64,000 nucleotides of DNA from Rhizorhapis sp. (GTDB lineage Bacteria > Pseudomonadota > Alphaproteobacteria > Sphingomonadales > Sphingomonadaceae). The position numbers were made by a program, and so were the translations under genes. Of this stretch, positions 10,284 through 19,563 are shown piece after piece. The notes beneath the pieces are model-generated. The model was not told the DNA's origin, ran no database searches, and saw only the letters and a list, made by a program, of their open reading frames with translations. How positions within the stretch are numbered: the stretch's first letter is position 1; each line of letters begins with the position of its first letter. The stretch covers positions 357 through 64,356 of the forward strand of contig DATCYF010000014.1 of assembly GCA_036570425.1 (NCBI GenBank), in the 5' to 3' direction.

Positions 10284-10850
10284 ATGACGAGACCGACGCC
10301 TCTCCTATTGATTGCCTTTCTTGCGGCCTGCATGCCGGCCGCGCCCGAGGACGCGCCATCCGAAGGGGCAGGTACGACGCGCCTGCGCGAACCCGACGTG
10401 CGATACGAGCCCACTCCCCAGCGAGTGGTTCACCAGATGCTGGAGCTGGCCCGCGTCGGGCCGGCCGATGTGGTTTATGATCTCGGATCGGGCGATGGTC
10501 GAATTCCGATCACCGCAGCAAGGCATTATGGCGCGCGCGGCGTGGGAATCGACATCGATCCTGAGCGGATCGCCGAAGCCGAAGCAAACGCGCTCGCAGC
10601 GGAGGTCACCGACCAGGTGACGTTCCGCAACGAGGATCTGCTGCTCGCGGATTTCCGCAAGGCTACGGTGATCACGCTTTTCCTTTCTCCCGCGCTCAAC
10701 GCCCGACTGAAACCAAAACTTCTCTCAGAGCTGCGGCCGGGGACACGTGTCGTCAGCTATTATCATGACATGCCTCGGTGGCAGCCGCAGCAAACCGTAG
10801 GTGCGGATGGGGCCAAAATCTATCTCTGGATCATCCCCGATCCCGAATAG
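10284..10850 (+). CDS. Lipoprotein-type class I SAM-dependent methyltransferase-fold protein (paralog 2)
   Basis: Lipobox LLIAFLAAC, then VVYDLGSGDGRIPITAA. It appears majority-identical to the preceding ORF over the whole mature region (aligned by eye). Confidence 0.75.
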   Translation: MTRPTPLLLIAFLAACMPAAPEDAPSEGAGTTRLREPDVRYEPTPQRVVHQMLELARVGPADVVYDLGSGDGRIPITAARHYGARGVGIDIDPERIAEAEANALAAEVTDQVTFRNEDLLLADFRKATVITLFLSPALNARLKPKLLSELRPGTRVVSYYHDMPRWQPQQTVGADGAKIYLWIIPDPE

Positions 10851-11085
10851 GGAGCGGATCAGCTGCGCTCGAGCTTCTGCATCGAACGCCCACTTTCCCG
10901 CCCGCGTGGGGAACTCCAGCTCTTTGTCCGTGTTGCCCGGGAGGAGTGTCGACGAGCTCCGCCAGGCTGAAAAGAAATCGGCATGGCTGACAATTGGCAG
11001 ATATCGCGGACCCAGGCAGGATGCGGGGCGGCGGCGCCGATACGACGCGGTTCGGCCGCAGAAACGCAAAAGGAGGAACACGGTG

Positions 11086-12075
11086 ATGACTCCGCCAGCT
11101 GAGCGCAGAACCGCAGTCATCATGGGCGCATCCAGCGGCATCGGTCGGGCGACGGCAGAGGCCTTCGCAAAAAAGGGCTGGTCGCTCGTGCTTGCCGCGC
11201 GCAGCCGCGAGGATCTGGAGATTGTCGCATCTCACTGTCGCACCTTGGACGCGCAGGTGCTGGTGGTGCCAACTGACGTCGGCGATGCCGAGGCAGTCCG
11301 TGCGTTGGCTGAGGTCGCGCGTGACTTTACTGGCAAAGTGGATCTCTGGTTCAGCAATGTCGGGGTCGGCGCCGTGGGTAAGTTCCTCGACGTACCGATC
11401 GAAACCCATGAGCAGATCGTCCGCTCAAACCTTATTGGTCATATGAACGATGCGCATGCGGTGCTGCCGATCTTCATCGCTCAGGGCCACGGCGTATTCG
11501 TCAACATGATCTCGCTTGGCGGGTTCGCGGCAGCCCCGTTTGCCGCGGCCTACTCAGCGAGCAAGTTCGGCCTCAAGGGCTTCTCAGAAGCGTTGCGCGC
11601 TGAGTTGCTCGATCACCCCGGGATCCACATCTGCGACGTCTATCCATCCTTCGTCGACACGCCAGCGCTTCGCCATGCCGGCAACTATACAGGCAAGGCA
11701 CTCTCGGCGCCGTCGCCGCTACTCGATGCACGAACCGTCGCGGGTGCCGTCGTGCGTCTCGCCGATCATCCGAAGCGCAGCGTAATCCTGGGCTCGCCGA
11801 GCTGGGCCGCCCGGCTCGGCCATTTCCTGTCCCCATCGCTGAGTGCGCGTGTGGCCAAGGCGGCCTTCGAGCGCTACTTCGCCAGCGCCGAGCCCACCCC
11901 AATCACCGATGGAAATGTTTTAGCGCCGCCGAGTGATGGCGCACGGATTGATGGCGGCCTCCGCTCTCGTCCGCCGCGTCGTGCCAGCCTGGTGGCGGGG
12001 GTCGCAGCGCTCGGCGCTGTGGTGATTGTCGGCGCCTTGCTTGTAGGTCGCGGGATTACAGGACGGCGCGAATGA
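11086..12075 (+). CDS. SDR-family oxidoreductase with C-terminal hydrophobic anchor
   Basis: AGGAGG RBS at 11071-11076. Rossmann motif GASSGIGRATA, catalytic YSASK, and C-terminal LVAGVAALGAVVIVGALLVG. The ORF track version (from 10801) includes non-coding-looking upstream sequence. Confidence 0.85.
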   Translation: MTPPAERRTAVIMGASSGIGRATAEAFAKKGWSLVLAARSREDLEIVASHCRTLDAQVLVVPTDVGDAEAVRALAEVARDFTGKVDLWFSNVGVGAVGKFLDVPIETHEQIVRSNLIGHMNDAHAVLPIFIAQGHGVFVNMISLGGFAAAPFAAAYSASKFGLKGFSEALRAELLDHPGIHICDVYPSFVDTPALRHAGNYTGKALSAPSPLLDARTVAGAVVRLADHPKRSVILGSPSWAARLGHFLSPSLSARVAKAAFERYFASAEPTPITDGNVLAPPSDGARIDGGLRSRPPRRASLVAGVAALGAVVIVGALLVGRGITGRRE

Positions 12076-12222
12076 TCCCCCGCTCGACAACACGCTCGCA
12101 TTCTTCAGTGAGGACTATGAGTTCGTCGCCAATCATTGCGGCAGGTGATGTCGCAGTTCTGCTTGAGGAGAGTAATGGCGACGAACGCTTGCCGACAAGC
12201 GCAAATGACGTGGAGAAAGACA

Positions 12223-12375
12223 ATGAACGGTGCACCGAAGCGACCAAAGAACCGGGAGGTCGAGAACGAGATGGTTTGCCCTCCCGAAAAGGCAGGTCAA
12301 CCGCCTCGGCCGGTCACTGAACCGGCCAAACCAGCTAAGCGGCGACCCTCTCGGGGCAAGGACGACGAGGACTAA
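12223..12375 (+). CDS. Possible small basic Pro/Lys-rich protein (50 aa)
   Basis: GGAG about 11 nt upstream of ATG 12223; product MNGAPKRPKNREVENEMVCPPEKAGQPP.... Third-position GC is only moderate and I recognise no family. Confidence 0.25.
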   Translation: MNGAPKRPKNREVENEMVCPPEKAGQPPRPVTEPAKPAKRRPSRGKDDED

Positions 12376-12386
12376 GTCAATTTTTG

Positions 12387-14852
12387 TCAAACGATGCAGC
12401 GATCCCAGCTGCCATAATGTGCTCGTATCTTCCCGCGCCGAAAGCTGAGGGCCACGAGCAGAAGGCCAATTGCGACACTCGTTGCGCTATGGATTCCGCT
12501 GGCGCCGAAGAGGAAGGGCGTTACCATCAGCGCACCGCCTAGCGGCACAAGGCAATAACGTAATGGGCGCGCCACTTCAGCAGCGGCCAGCGAAATGACC
12601 GTGAGTGCAAGGAAGCCGATAAGGTGGTCGGCATCAGCCATTGCACCTTCCGCACCGAAGGTCAGCCGCGTGAAAAGCAGCGACGCTCCAAGGACCCCCG
12701 CCAATGCGAGATTCCATGGAAGATTGACACCACCCGCCCACATGTCGCGAAGCGTCTCGCCTGGCCCTCGATTGAACTCGTCCACCCGCTCACCGCGCTT
12801 CCCCTTGTCAGTATCGCCAAACAGGAAAACACGGAGCCACGGCCGACCCGACCTGGCGCGCCGCCGCACGAACTGAATGGTCGCGAGCAGCTCATCGAGT
12901 GAATAGGGTATCTGGATGAGCATCGCCGCAGCGCCGACCAGCGTCAGCGTCGCCCATGTCCCGATAACGATCGGCTGAATTATGACGAAGAAGATCGATA
13001 CGACGCCCAAGGGCGCGATCATCAGCCCGAACAGGAACACCAGCCAGGGCATGGTCCGCCACCGTGCCCTCGACCCCACAATGCCGGTCACAATCTCGAG
13101 TGCATAGGTGTAACCTCCAAGCGCCGCATCAGGGATCGGAAAGGCTTCGGACACCGAAGAGGTGATCACCGCCTCTGTGCCGTTCTTTCCGGGTTCGTCA
13201 GGTAAACCAGGGAAGAACGGCTCCCATACGCCGCTGATCTGCCCAAGCTGATAGGCAGTGAGATAGCGCGCGACGAGAAGGCCGATCAGCGCCAGGAATA
13301 TGATCGGCAGCCGCTGCGTCCAGGCGGATGGATTATAGCTCCAGCCTGGCGGAGTATCGGGTCCGGTCATCGCCGCAACGGCCGAAGTTCCGGGCTCGGG
13401 CCGTGTTCCGACGGCGAGCCCGAACGCAAAGGCGCCAACCAGCGTATCGGAGAGGAAGGCGGCCGGATTGGTCGTCCAGAACAGGAACGGCACCGCCATG
13501 ATCCCGGCGGCGACCACCGCCGATGCCCAACGCGCCCAGGCCATGCGCCAGGACAGCGACAGCGTGGCGAACAGGATCAAGGCTGCGCCAAGCACGATCT
13601 CCGACCAGAAGAGCGCGGGCTCCTGAACTTCCACGATGACGGGCTGTACCAGGATCCAGCAACCCAGCGCGATGTTGACGAAATGCGCCCAGCGGGTGTC
13701 GGCATGTGCCGCGCGTCGCCATTGCTCGTGCTGAGCGCGTAGTTCCTCCGGATCATGGCCAGCCTCTTCAGCCTCTGACACGAACATGGGCGCCGGGATG
13801 CGGTTTGCTTTGTACCAGGCGGCCGGGTCCTCCTTAAGCGTGGCGACAATGGCGGGCAGTTCGTCCGCGAGCCGATGTTTCGGCTGCCACCCCAGCAATG
13901 TGTGTGCCCGGCTGACATCGAGCGCATAATGGTCGCTGGCCATCCGCGTCATGAATGGCTGAATGAAGGGGCGCTCGCCCTGATCGAGGGCGTCGGGGAT
14001 TAGCGGCTCGGCTTTGTCCTGCGCCCATGCGCCGACACCGGCCATGCTCGACGGCAGACGCAACGTGGCCCAGTCGTCCTCACCGTGGATAAAGCTGCCG
14101 AGGCGATCCTGCAGGTCATCATAACCAATGGCATCAGACTCTCCGATCAGGATGACTGTCTCGTCCGGCAGCTGGTCCCGCCGGTCGATCGTGCGCACGA
14201 AGGCATCGATCATGTCCTCACGGTGGACCATCGCCTGCCCGGCATCAGTATCGCCGGAATAAAGATGGCTCTGGAAATCGCGCTCGTAGATGCGAGCGAT
14301 CTGGTTGGCGAAGGTCGGCACCGAGGTGCGCTCGTCATAAAGGCCAGCCAGGTGCAGGAATACGACGGGGATGTCGCCTCGCGATTCGCTGATCGCGTTT
14401 TCCGCCGCGGCCTTGGATTTGGGATAGGCCCAGCCGGGCGCGATTGGACGATCCTCCTTAATGCGTTCGCCGGGTCGGCCGGGCTCATGGACCAGCATCG
14501 TTCCCGAATAGACGAACTGCTCGACCTCGAATGGCTGGAGCGCCCGCATGAGGTTGCGGCTGCCGTCGACATTGACGGCCTGATATTGCGGCTTGTCCTC
14601 GCCGCTGAAGTCGAAGAAGGCCGCCAGATGCACGACGCTGGCGATGCGGCGACCGTGTTCCGAACCTATTCGGGCAAGGGCATCGGCGATGCTCGCCTCA
14701 TCAGTGAGATCGGCTTCGAGTACCGGATAATCGGTATCGCCACTCGACCTGTCGAGACCAATCACGAAATAGCGCTCCTGGAGCGCGCTTGCGAGGGAGC
14801 GCCCAATATTGCCAGAAGCGCCGGTAATCAGGACAATCGGCTTGTCGGTCAT
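12387..14852 (-). CDS. Fusion protein: N-terminal NAD-dependent epimerase/dehydratase (extended SDR) domain plus a roughly 480-aa polytopic membrane domain
   Basis: MTDKPIVLITGASGNIGRSL Rossmann start, with YPKSK matching the catalytic YxxxK. From about aa 385 there are at least 10 hydrophobic segments in one uninterrupted 821-aa frame. Confidence 0.8.
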   Translation of the reverse strand: MTDKPIVLITGASGNIGRSLASALQERYFVIGLDRSSGDTDYPVLEADLTDEASIADALARIGSEHGRRIASVVHLAAFFDFSGEDKPQYQAVNVDGSRNLMRALQPFEVEQFVYSGTMLVHEPGRPGERIKEDRPIAPGWAYPKSKAAAENAISESRGDIPVVFLHLAGLYDERTSVPTFANQIARIYERDFQSHLYSGDTDAGQAMVHREDMIDAFVRTIDRRDQLPDETVILIGESDAIGYDDLQDRLGSFIHGEDDWATLRLPSSMAGVGAWAQDKAEPLIPDALDQGERPFIQPFMTRMASDHYALDVSRAHTLLGWQPKHRLADELPAIVATLKEDPAAWYKANRIPAPMFVSEAEEAGHDPEELRAQHEQWRRAAHADTRWAHFVNIALGCWILVQPVIVEVQEPALFWSEIVLGAALILFATLSLSWRMAWARWASAVVAAGIMAVPFLFWTTNPAAFLSDTLVGAFAFGLAVGTRPEPGTSAVAAMTGPDTPPGWSYNPSAWTQRLPIIFLALIGLLVARYLTAYQLGQISGVWEPFFPGLPDEPGKNGTEAVITSSVSEAFPIPDAALGGYTYALEIVTGIVGSRARWRTMPWLVFLFGLMIAPLGVVSIFFVIIQPIVIGTWATLTLVGAAAMLIQIPYSLDELLATIQFVRRRARSGRPWLRVFLFGDTDKGKRGERVDEFNRGPGETLRDMWAGGVNLPWNLALAGVLGASLLFTRLTFGAEGAMADADHLIGFLALTVISLAAAEVARPLRYCLVPLGGALMVTPFLFGASGIHSATSVAIGLLLVALSFRRGKIRAHYGSWDRCIV

Positions 14853-15153
14853 TGGCAGTCCCCGCGCTGATCGGCATCATCGGATGGATCGAATCCGCCC
14901 CTCGTGAGGGGAACCCTCTCCCCTTTCAGGAGGTTAACTGCCCCAGGCTGGAATGTTTCCAGGCCGACGGATTTCATCGCTCCGCTCAACCTGCACCTCT
15001 ACAGTTCGGTGCGTTGCCCGCCGGCGAAATCAAATTGCTTGAGGCTTTGCCATGCGCTGTATGCCTTTGGACCGCAAAAAACGCTGCGAGGCCGCGGAAA
15101 GCCTGTGTTCCGGCCTTCCCATTCCCACTCAAGTCGTGGCAAGCGACGAATTT

Positions 15154-16527
15154 ATGCCGGTGCCGCAAACCGAACGGCAACGGACAGTCGAGCGGGGGCT
15201 GCTCGAAATCGCCGACACAGTGTCACCCCGGCATGGACTCGACCGGCGAGAGTTTCTTCGGACCTCCGGCGGTATGGCGGCCGCCTTCATGGCCATCAAC
15301 GGAGTCTTTGGGCCGCTATTTGCGGTCGACCCGGCGGAAGCCGCTGAACCAGGCTCCGCCGAGGCTCGGAGCGAAGCGCTGCGGGCGCAGCATATCGTCG
15401 ACGTGCACACCCATTTCCTGCGTGATGACACACGACTGATGCGCTTTGTCGATATGCGCAGGGATGCGGCCGCCAACGGCTGGAATCCCGCGCTCAAAGG
15501 CAAGCCGCAAACGATTGAGCAGCTCAAGTTCGACAACTGGTTCAAGGAGATGTTTCTCGACAGCGACACCAAGGTTGCGCTGATCTCCGGCGCACCCTCG
15601 GAAATCGAGCGCGACTGGTTCCTGACCAACCCTATGGCAATTGAAGCGCGCGACCGGATCAACCGGGAGGCAGGCTCACGCCGCGCAATGGCCCACGCCA
15701 TCATCCAGCCGGGCGCACCGGGCTGGCTCGACGCAATCGACCGCGACATTGCGCTTCGGCCTGACGCCTTCAAAGGCTATACCATCGGCGACAACACGCA
15801 CAAAGATCTGGCCAAACCGTGGCGGCTCGATGACGAAGCGCTCGTCTATTCCTTCTATGAGAAGGCGGTGAAGGCCGGTCTTACCAATATTTGCATCCAC
15901 AAGGGACTGTTCTCCAAGGCTCTGGAGAAGCGTTACCCACACCTTCGGCGCTATGCCGATGTGAGCGATGTCGCCAAAGCTGCGAAGGATTGGCCACAGC
16001 TCAATTTCCTCATCTATCATGCCGGCTATCGCCATGTCGGCGGCCAGCCCGGCGAGGCATGGGAAGAGTTCTCCCGGACTGGTCGCCTGTCCTGGGTCAG
16101 TGACCTTGCCGAGATTCCGCAGGCCCATGGTGTCTCCAATGTTTGTGCCGACATCGGCCAGAGCTTCGCTAACACGATCATCGATGATCCGCGCGTGGCC
16201 GCCGCGATGCTGGGCATTCTCATCAAAGGTCTGGGGCCAGAGCGGGTGATCTGGGGCACGGACGCCGTCTGGGCCGGCTCACCGCAATGGCAGATCGAGG
16301 GATTGCGGCGGCTCGAGATTCCCGAAGAGATGCAGCAGGCACATGACTTTGTCCCACTCGGCGCTGCTGACGGACCCATCAAGACCGCAATCTTCAGCGG
16401 CAATCCCTCGCGCTTGTTTGGCCTCCAACCACAGCGCTCGGCCGATCGGTTCGACAGTTACAAGGCGCGCTATCTTGCCGAAGGTCCAGCCCCGAGTAAC
16501 CGACGCTACGGCTATATCGTCGCCTGA
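15154..16527 (+). CDS. Tat-exported amidohydrolase-family metal hydrolase
   Basis: Twin-arginine motif RREFLRTSGGMAAAF, HxH metal motif IVDVHTHF, and later IYHAGY. The start is uncertain (ATG 15052, ATG 15154 or GTG 15220). Confidence 0.75.
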   Translation: MPVPQTERQRTVERGLLEIADTVSPRHGLDRREFLRTSGGMAAAFMAINGVFGPLFAVDPAEAAEPGSAEARSEALRAQHIVDVHTHFLRDDTRLMRFVDMRRDAAANGWNPALKGKPQTIEQLKFDNWFKEMFLDSDTKVALISGAPSEIERDWFLTNPMAIEARDRINREAGSRRAMAHAIIQPGAPGWLDAIDRDIALRPDAFKGYTIGDNTHKDLAKPWRLDDEALVYSFYEKAVKAGLTNICIHKGLFSKALEKRYPHLRRYADVSDVAKAAKDWPQLNFLIYHAGYRHVGGQPGEAWEEFSRTGRLSWVSDLAEIPQAHGVSNVCADIGQSFANTIIDDPRVAAAMLGILIKGLGPERVIWGTDAVWAGSPQWQIEGLRRLEIPEEMQQAHDFVPLGAADGPIKTAIFSGNPSRLFGLQPQRSADRFDSYKARYLAEGPAPSNRRYGYIVA

Positions 16528-16776
16528 CAGCGCGAAATGGGGCGCCGTCCATCCGCTTGGCATTTGCTTGCGCTGACCGGCTCACTGGCCGTCATCTGGA
16601 CTCTGCAGCCGCAACGATGCCTATGTGCCAGATCGAGCAGATGCCTCGTCATCTTTAGGGAATTCTGCCGCTTGAGCCCCCGGGCCTGTCGGTGATGAAC
16701 CTGATGGCACTGGCTTAAATGGTTGTGATTGGCCTGTGAAGGCTTCGACCCTTTCCAGAAGTGCCGACTTCACGAG

Positions 16777-16968
16777 CTAGGCGAGAGAGGTTGTCATGAA
16801 AGATCCGGCGGTCGCTATGAAAGAAGACGCATCGAGGTAGCTGTGTGGACCTTCATTATGAGCAAGCATGTAGGCCCAACTGCCACGGATAGCGACCTCA
16901 ATTCTCTCGATGGCATCAAGAACGATCAGCCGCAAGCGCTCCCGCTTTCGCGGACTGGCCCCGAGCAA
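16777..16968 (-). pseudogene. Fragment of an Abi-like (Abi_2/AbiD-F type) abortive-infection gene
   Basis: 63-aa ORF ...RKRERLRLIVLDAIERIEVAIRGSWAYMLAHNEGPHSYLDASSF matches the conserved FDRxLRxLxLdaIExIEvaxRtxxaYxLa core of Abi_2 proteins. The N- and C-terminal parts are missing, and the flanks are non-coding. Confidence 0.4.
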
Positions 16969-17021
16969 GAAACCTATAGAGCGGCTGACGGTTCTCCAGT
17001 CGGGAAAGGAGGACTCGCCTC

Positions 17022-17456
17022 ATGGAAACTCAGACGCTCTATCGTGGCCGCCTGATCGATCATGTTCAGCTCGTTGTTAGGGACATTGCCACTTCGCGCC
17101 GCTTTTACGACGCCGTGATGGCGGCGCTCGGCGTACCGCTCGGCGGCAGCGCGGACGAACATTTTTGGTATGACGAACTCTTTGTCTCGTTACCCGACGG
17201 TCCGGAAGCACAGGGCAAGCTTACGGGGCGTCACCATCTCGCCTTTCAAGCGCAGGACCGTGCGATGGTCGAGGCCTTCTACAAAGCCGCGCTAGAGCAT
17301 GGCGGCACCGACAATGGAGCGCCGGGTGAGCGGCCCTATCATCCCGGTTATTACGCCGCCTTCGTGCTCGATGCCGACGGCAACAATATCGAGGCAGTCT
17401 TCCACGGAGAAGCCGATCGATCGGCGGCAAGCGTCATGATCCGCTTCGAGAGCTAG
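17022..17456 (+). CDS. VOC/glyoxalase-family protein
   Basis: LIDHVQLVVRDIATSRRFY beta-alpha-beta start, HHLAF, and YYAAFVLDADGNNIEAV. AGGAGG-like RBS (GAAAGGAGGA) upstream. Confidence 0.85.
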   Translation: METQTLYRGRLIDHVQLVVRDIATSRRFYDAVMAALGVPLGGSADEHFWYDELFVSLPDGPEAQGKLTGRHHLAFQAQDRAMVEAFYKAALEHGGTDNGAPGERPYHPGYYAAFVLDADGNNIEAVFHGEADRSAASVMIRFES

Positions 17457-17694
17457 GCTTCCCTTGTGCGGGTCTCCGATCCGATAGTGCAGGAGGGGCT
17501 GTCGTCCCCCGATTCGCTGGTCATGGCACCCCGGGCCGGGTCTTCCGCACCCTCGACAAGCTCCGTTCAACGTCGTCGATGCGCTGCTCTATCACCGGAA
17601 CACCGTCTGCGCCGGAGAGCATCGCGCTTGGGAGACCCCGGACCTCAATGCGCTCCGCACGAAGGCGGCGGATCATTGCCGCCGAGGGCTGGAT

Positions 17695-18681
17695 CTAGAC
17701 TCCTGCCCGCGCCCGCTCGACCGCCATCTGCGGGCCGCCCACGACCGGCTCTAGGGTCGCGACGAACTCATCGGTCTTGCTCAACCAGGCTGGCACCGTC
17801 TCACCTGCGCCGAACGCGAAATCGGCGCTGGCGCGACGATCGGCAACGACGAGCACCAGTTCGACGCCGTTCTCGCCCGCAATGATCGCGCCCATCGGCG
17901 TATCCTCGCGCTGAATACGGAGTTCGCCAGCGCCATAGGGCTTGCCGTCGATTGTCGCTGATCCCTTCACCACCAGGGTCACGATCTCGGTCGACCAGCG
18001 CGCCGGGGGCACGATCCGCTCGCCGGCAGCGCCGTGAATGACGTGGACGGCCGGCCCGGCGTGCTCGTCGCCAAGAACGCCGCTCAGTGCTCCGGCATTA
18101 CCACGTTCGAGCTTCGCGATCGTGCCGCGGACAAAGCCATTCTCGCCCTGCCCGACGCTGGTGTTGATTGCGGCAATACCCCGGTCTCCTGCCGGATGCG
18201 GATAGCCTTCGTCCGGCTTGGGTGCACCGTAGACGTCGTCATATTCGAAGATAGTCTCGACATCCTTTTTCAGTGCGATTGCAGCCTGGTTGCCACGGCG
18301 ATCACCCATGATGAGCATCGTCGTCCCCGCCCCGCCCGGGCCGGGATGTTCCTGGTAGACGATCCCCGAGGCCTGGAACGCGAAGTCGCCCGCCTGGAGC
18401 CGGCGGCCCGCCAGGTTCCAGCTATCAGTCAGGATCACCCGGAACTGGTCGCTGCCATGGTGATGGAGCGGGTCGATGCTGTGCCGCCAGTCGAGCGTCT
18501 CGCCCTCGACCGGCCGGATCAGGCCGAGCTGGAAACACGGCCCCACTACCGCATCGCCGACGTTGAAGATGAACGCGCGAATCGATCCCGATGGCGTCAG
18601 CTTCGGCCACTCCTCCGGACGATTGTAGGAAATGTCGAGATGGTCGCCCTCCATGGACAGACCGGCGTGACCTTGGAACAT
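17695..18681 (-). CDS. Bicupin-like hypothetical protein
   Basis: 328 aa with two beta-rich halves. A His cluster DPLHHHGSDQFRVIL resembles cupin motif 1. It is the last gene of the LysR-divergent operon. Confidence 0.55.
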   Translation of the reverse strand: MFQGHAGLSMEGDHLDISYNRPEEWPKLTPSGSIRAFIFNVGDAVVGPCFQLGLIRPVEGETLDWRHSIDPLHHHGSDQFRVILTDSWNLAGRRLQAGDFAFQASGIVYQEHPGPGGAGTTMLIMGDRRGNQAAIALKKDVETIFEYDDVYGAPKPDEGYPHPAGDRGIAAINTSVGQGENGFVRGTIAKLERGNAGALSGVLGDEHAGPAVHVIHGAAGERIVPPARWSTEIVTLVVKGSATIDGKPYGAGELRIQREDTPMGAIIAGENGVELVLVVADRRASADFAFGAGETVPAWLSKTDEFVATLEPVVGGPQMAVERARAGV

Positions 18682-18717
18682 ATCGTCTCTTCCCGAAGAA
18701 TCTGCAGTAGGTAGTGT

Positions 18718-19563
18718 TCAGTCCGCGCTGACGAGTTCCGCCGTGAGAATGCTGCAGTTGTCGCCGCAATCCTCCACTGCCGAAACGGTGCCGGCAAGCG
18801 CCCCGACCATCGCACCCAGTTGCCCCGCGAACATCGACGGCGGTGATAGCGGCGGATGCAGCCCCAGGGCGAGCAACATTTCGGCGAACTTGTAGCCGGT
18901 GCGCAGCGGATCGATCACCAATGTGCCAGCGAGCCGATCGGCCAGCGCATCGCGCGCGGCACTCATGCAGGTGCAGCCGAGCACGATAACCTCGGCACCT
19001 TCGGCCAGAGCTGTCCGGCACGCTTCCTCCACGCGGTCGAGCAGGCCGGCCCCGCGCAGGGTGCCCAGGCTGTGGATCTCGCCGGTTTCGAGCATGGCTG
19101 GCAATTCAGCATCCTGGGTCACGAAGTAAAGCCCGCTGCAGTGCCCGGCGAATCCATAGTCGACCAGCTGGCGCTCATAGGCAGGCCGCAGAATCTCGGG
19201 CCACACCGTCACGATGGCGAAGCGTCGGCCGAGACCCGCCGCCACCTGCATCGACGATTGCCCGGCTCCGACGACCGGGATCGACACCACGGAGCGAAGC
19301 TGGCGCATGCCGTAATCGGCAACAGGGCCGATCATGATCGCGTCGAAGCCTTCTGCCTGCGCCCGCAAGCCCGCCTCGACATAGGCTAGCTCGGTGACCA
19401 TGCGGTCGAGGTCGTTCAGCATTGTCTGCGGGCGCGCGAGCGCGACATATCCGATCTCGAAGCCTGGTGAGACCGCGTCTGCCGGTATCTCGTAGCTATG
19501 GCGACTGGCCGCTTGCCGGTCATCCGCATGGCCGATGATATTTGCGATCCGAAGTATCTTCAT
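18718..19563 (-). CDS. Asp/Glu/hydantoin racemase-superfamily protein (single-Cys variant)
   Basis: The start MKILRIANI (CAT at 19561-19563) overlaps the upstream stop (ATGA). The second catalytic block VIVLGCTCMS is present. The first block reads AIMIGPVADYG, where the family normally has Cys. Confidence 0.75.
   Translation of the reverse strand: MKILRIANIIGHADDRQAASRHSYEIPADAVSPGFEIGYVALARPQTMLNDLDRMVTELAYVEAGLRAQAEGFDAIMIGPVADYGMRQLRSVVSIPVVGAGQSSMQVAAGLGRRFAIVTVWPEILRPAYERQLVDYGFAGHCSGLYFVTQDAELPAMLETGEIHSLGTLRGAGLLDRVEEACRTALAEGAEVIVLGCTCMSAARDALADRLAGTLVIDPLRTGYKFAEMLLALGLHPPLSPPSMFAGQLGAMVGALAGTVSAVEDCGDNCSILTAELVSAD

Noticed and set aside
17457-17694. 238-bp convergent gap and ORF 17466-17885
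   Set aside because: The ORF is Arg/Pro/Ser-rich and overlaps the bicupin gene in antisense. No terminator hairpin or motif is recognised.
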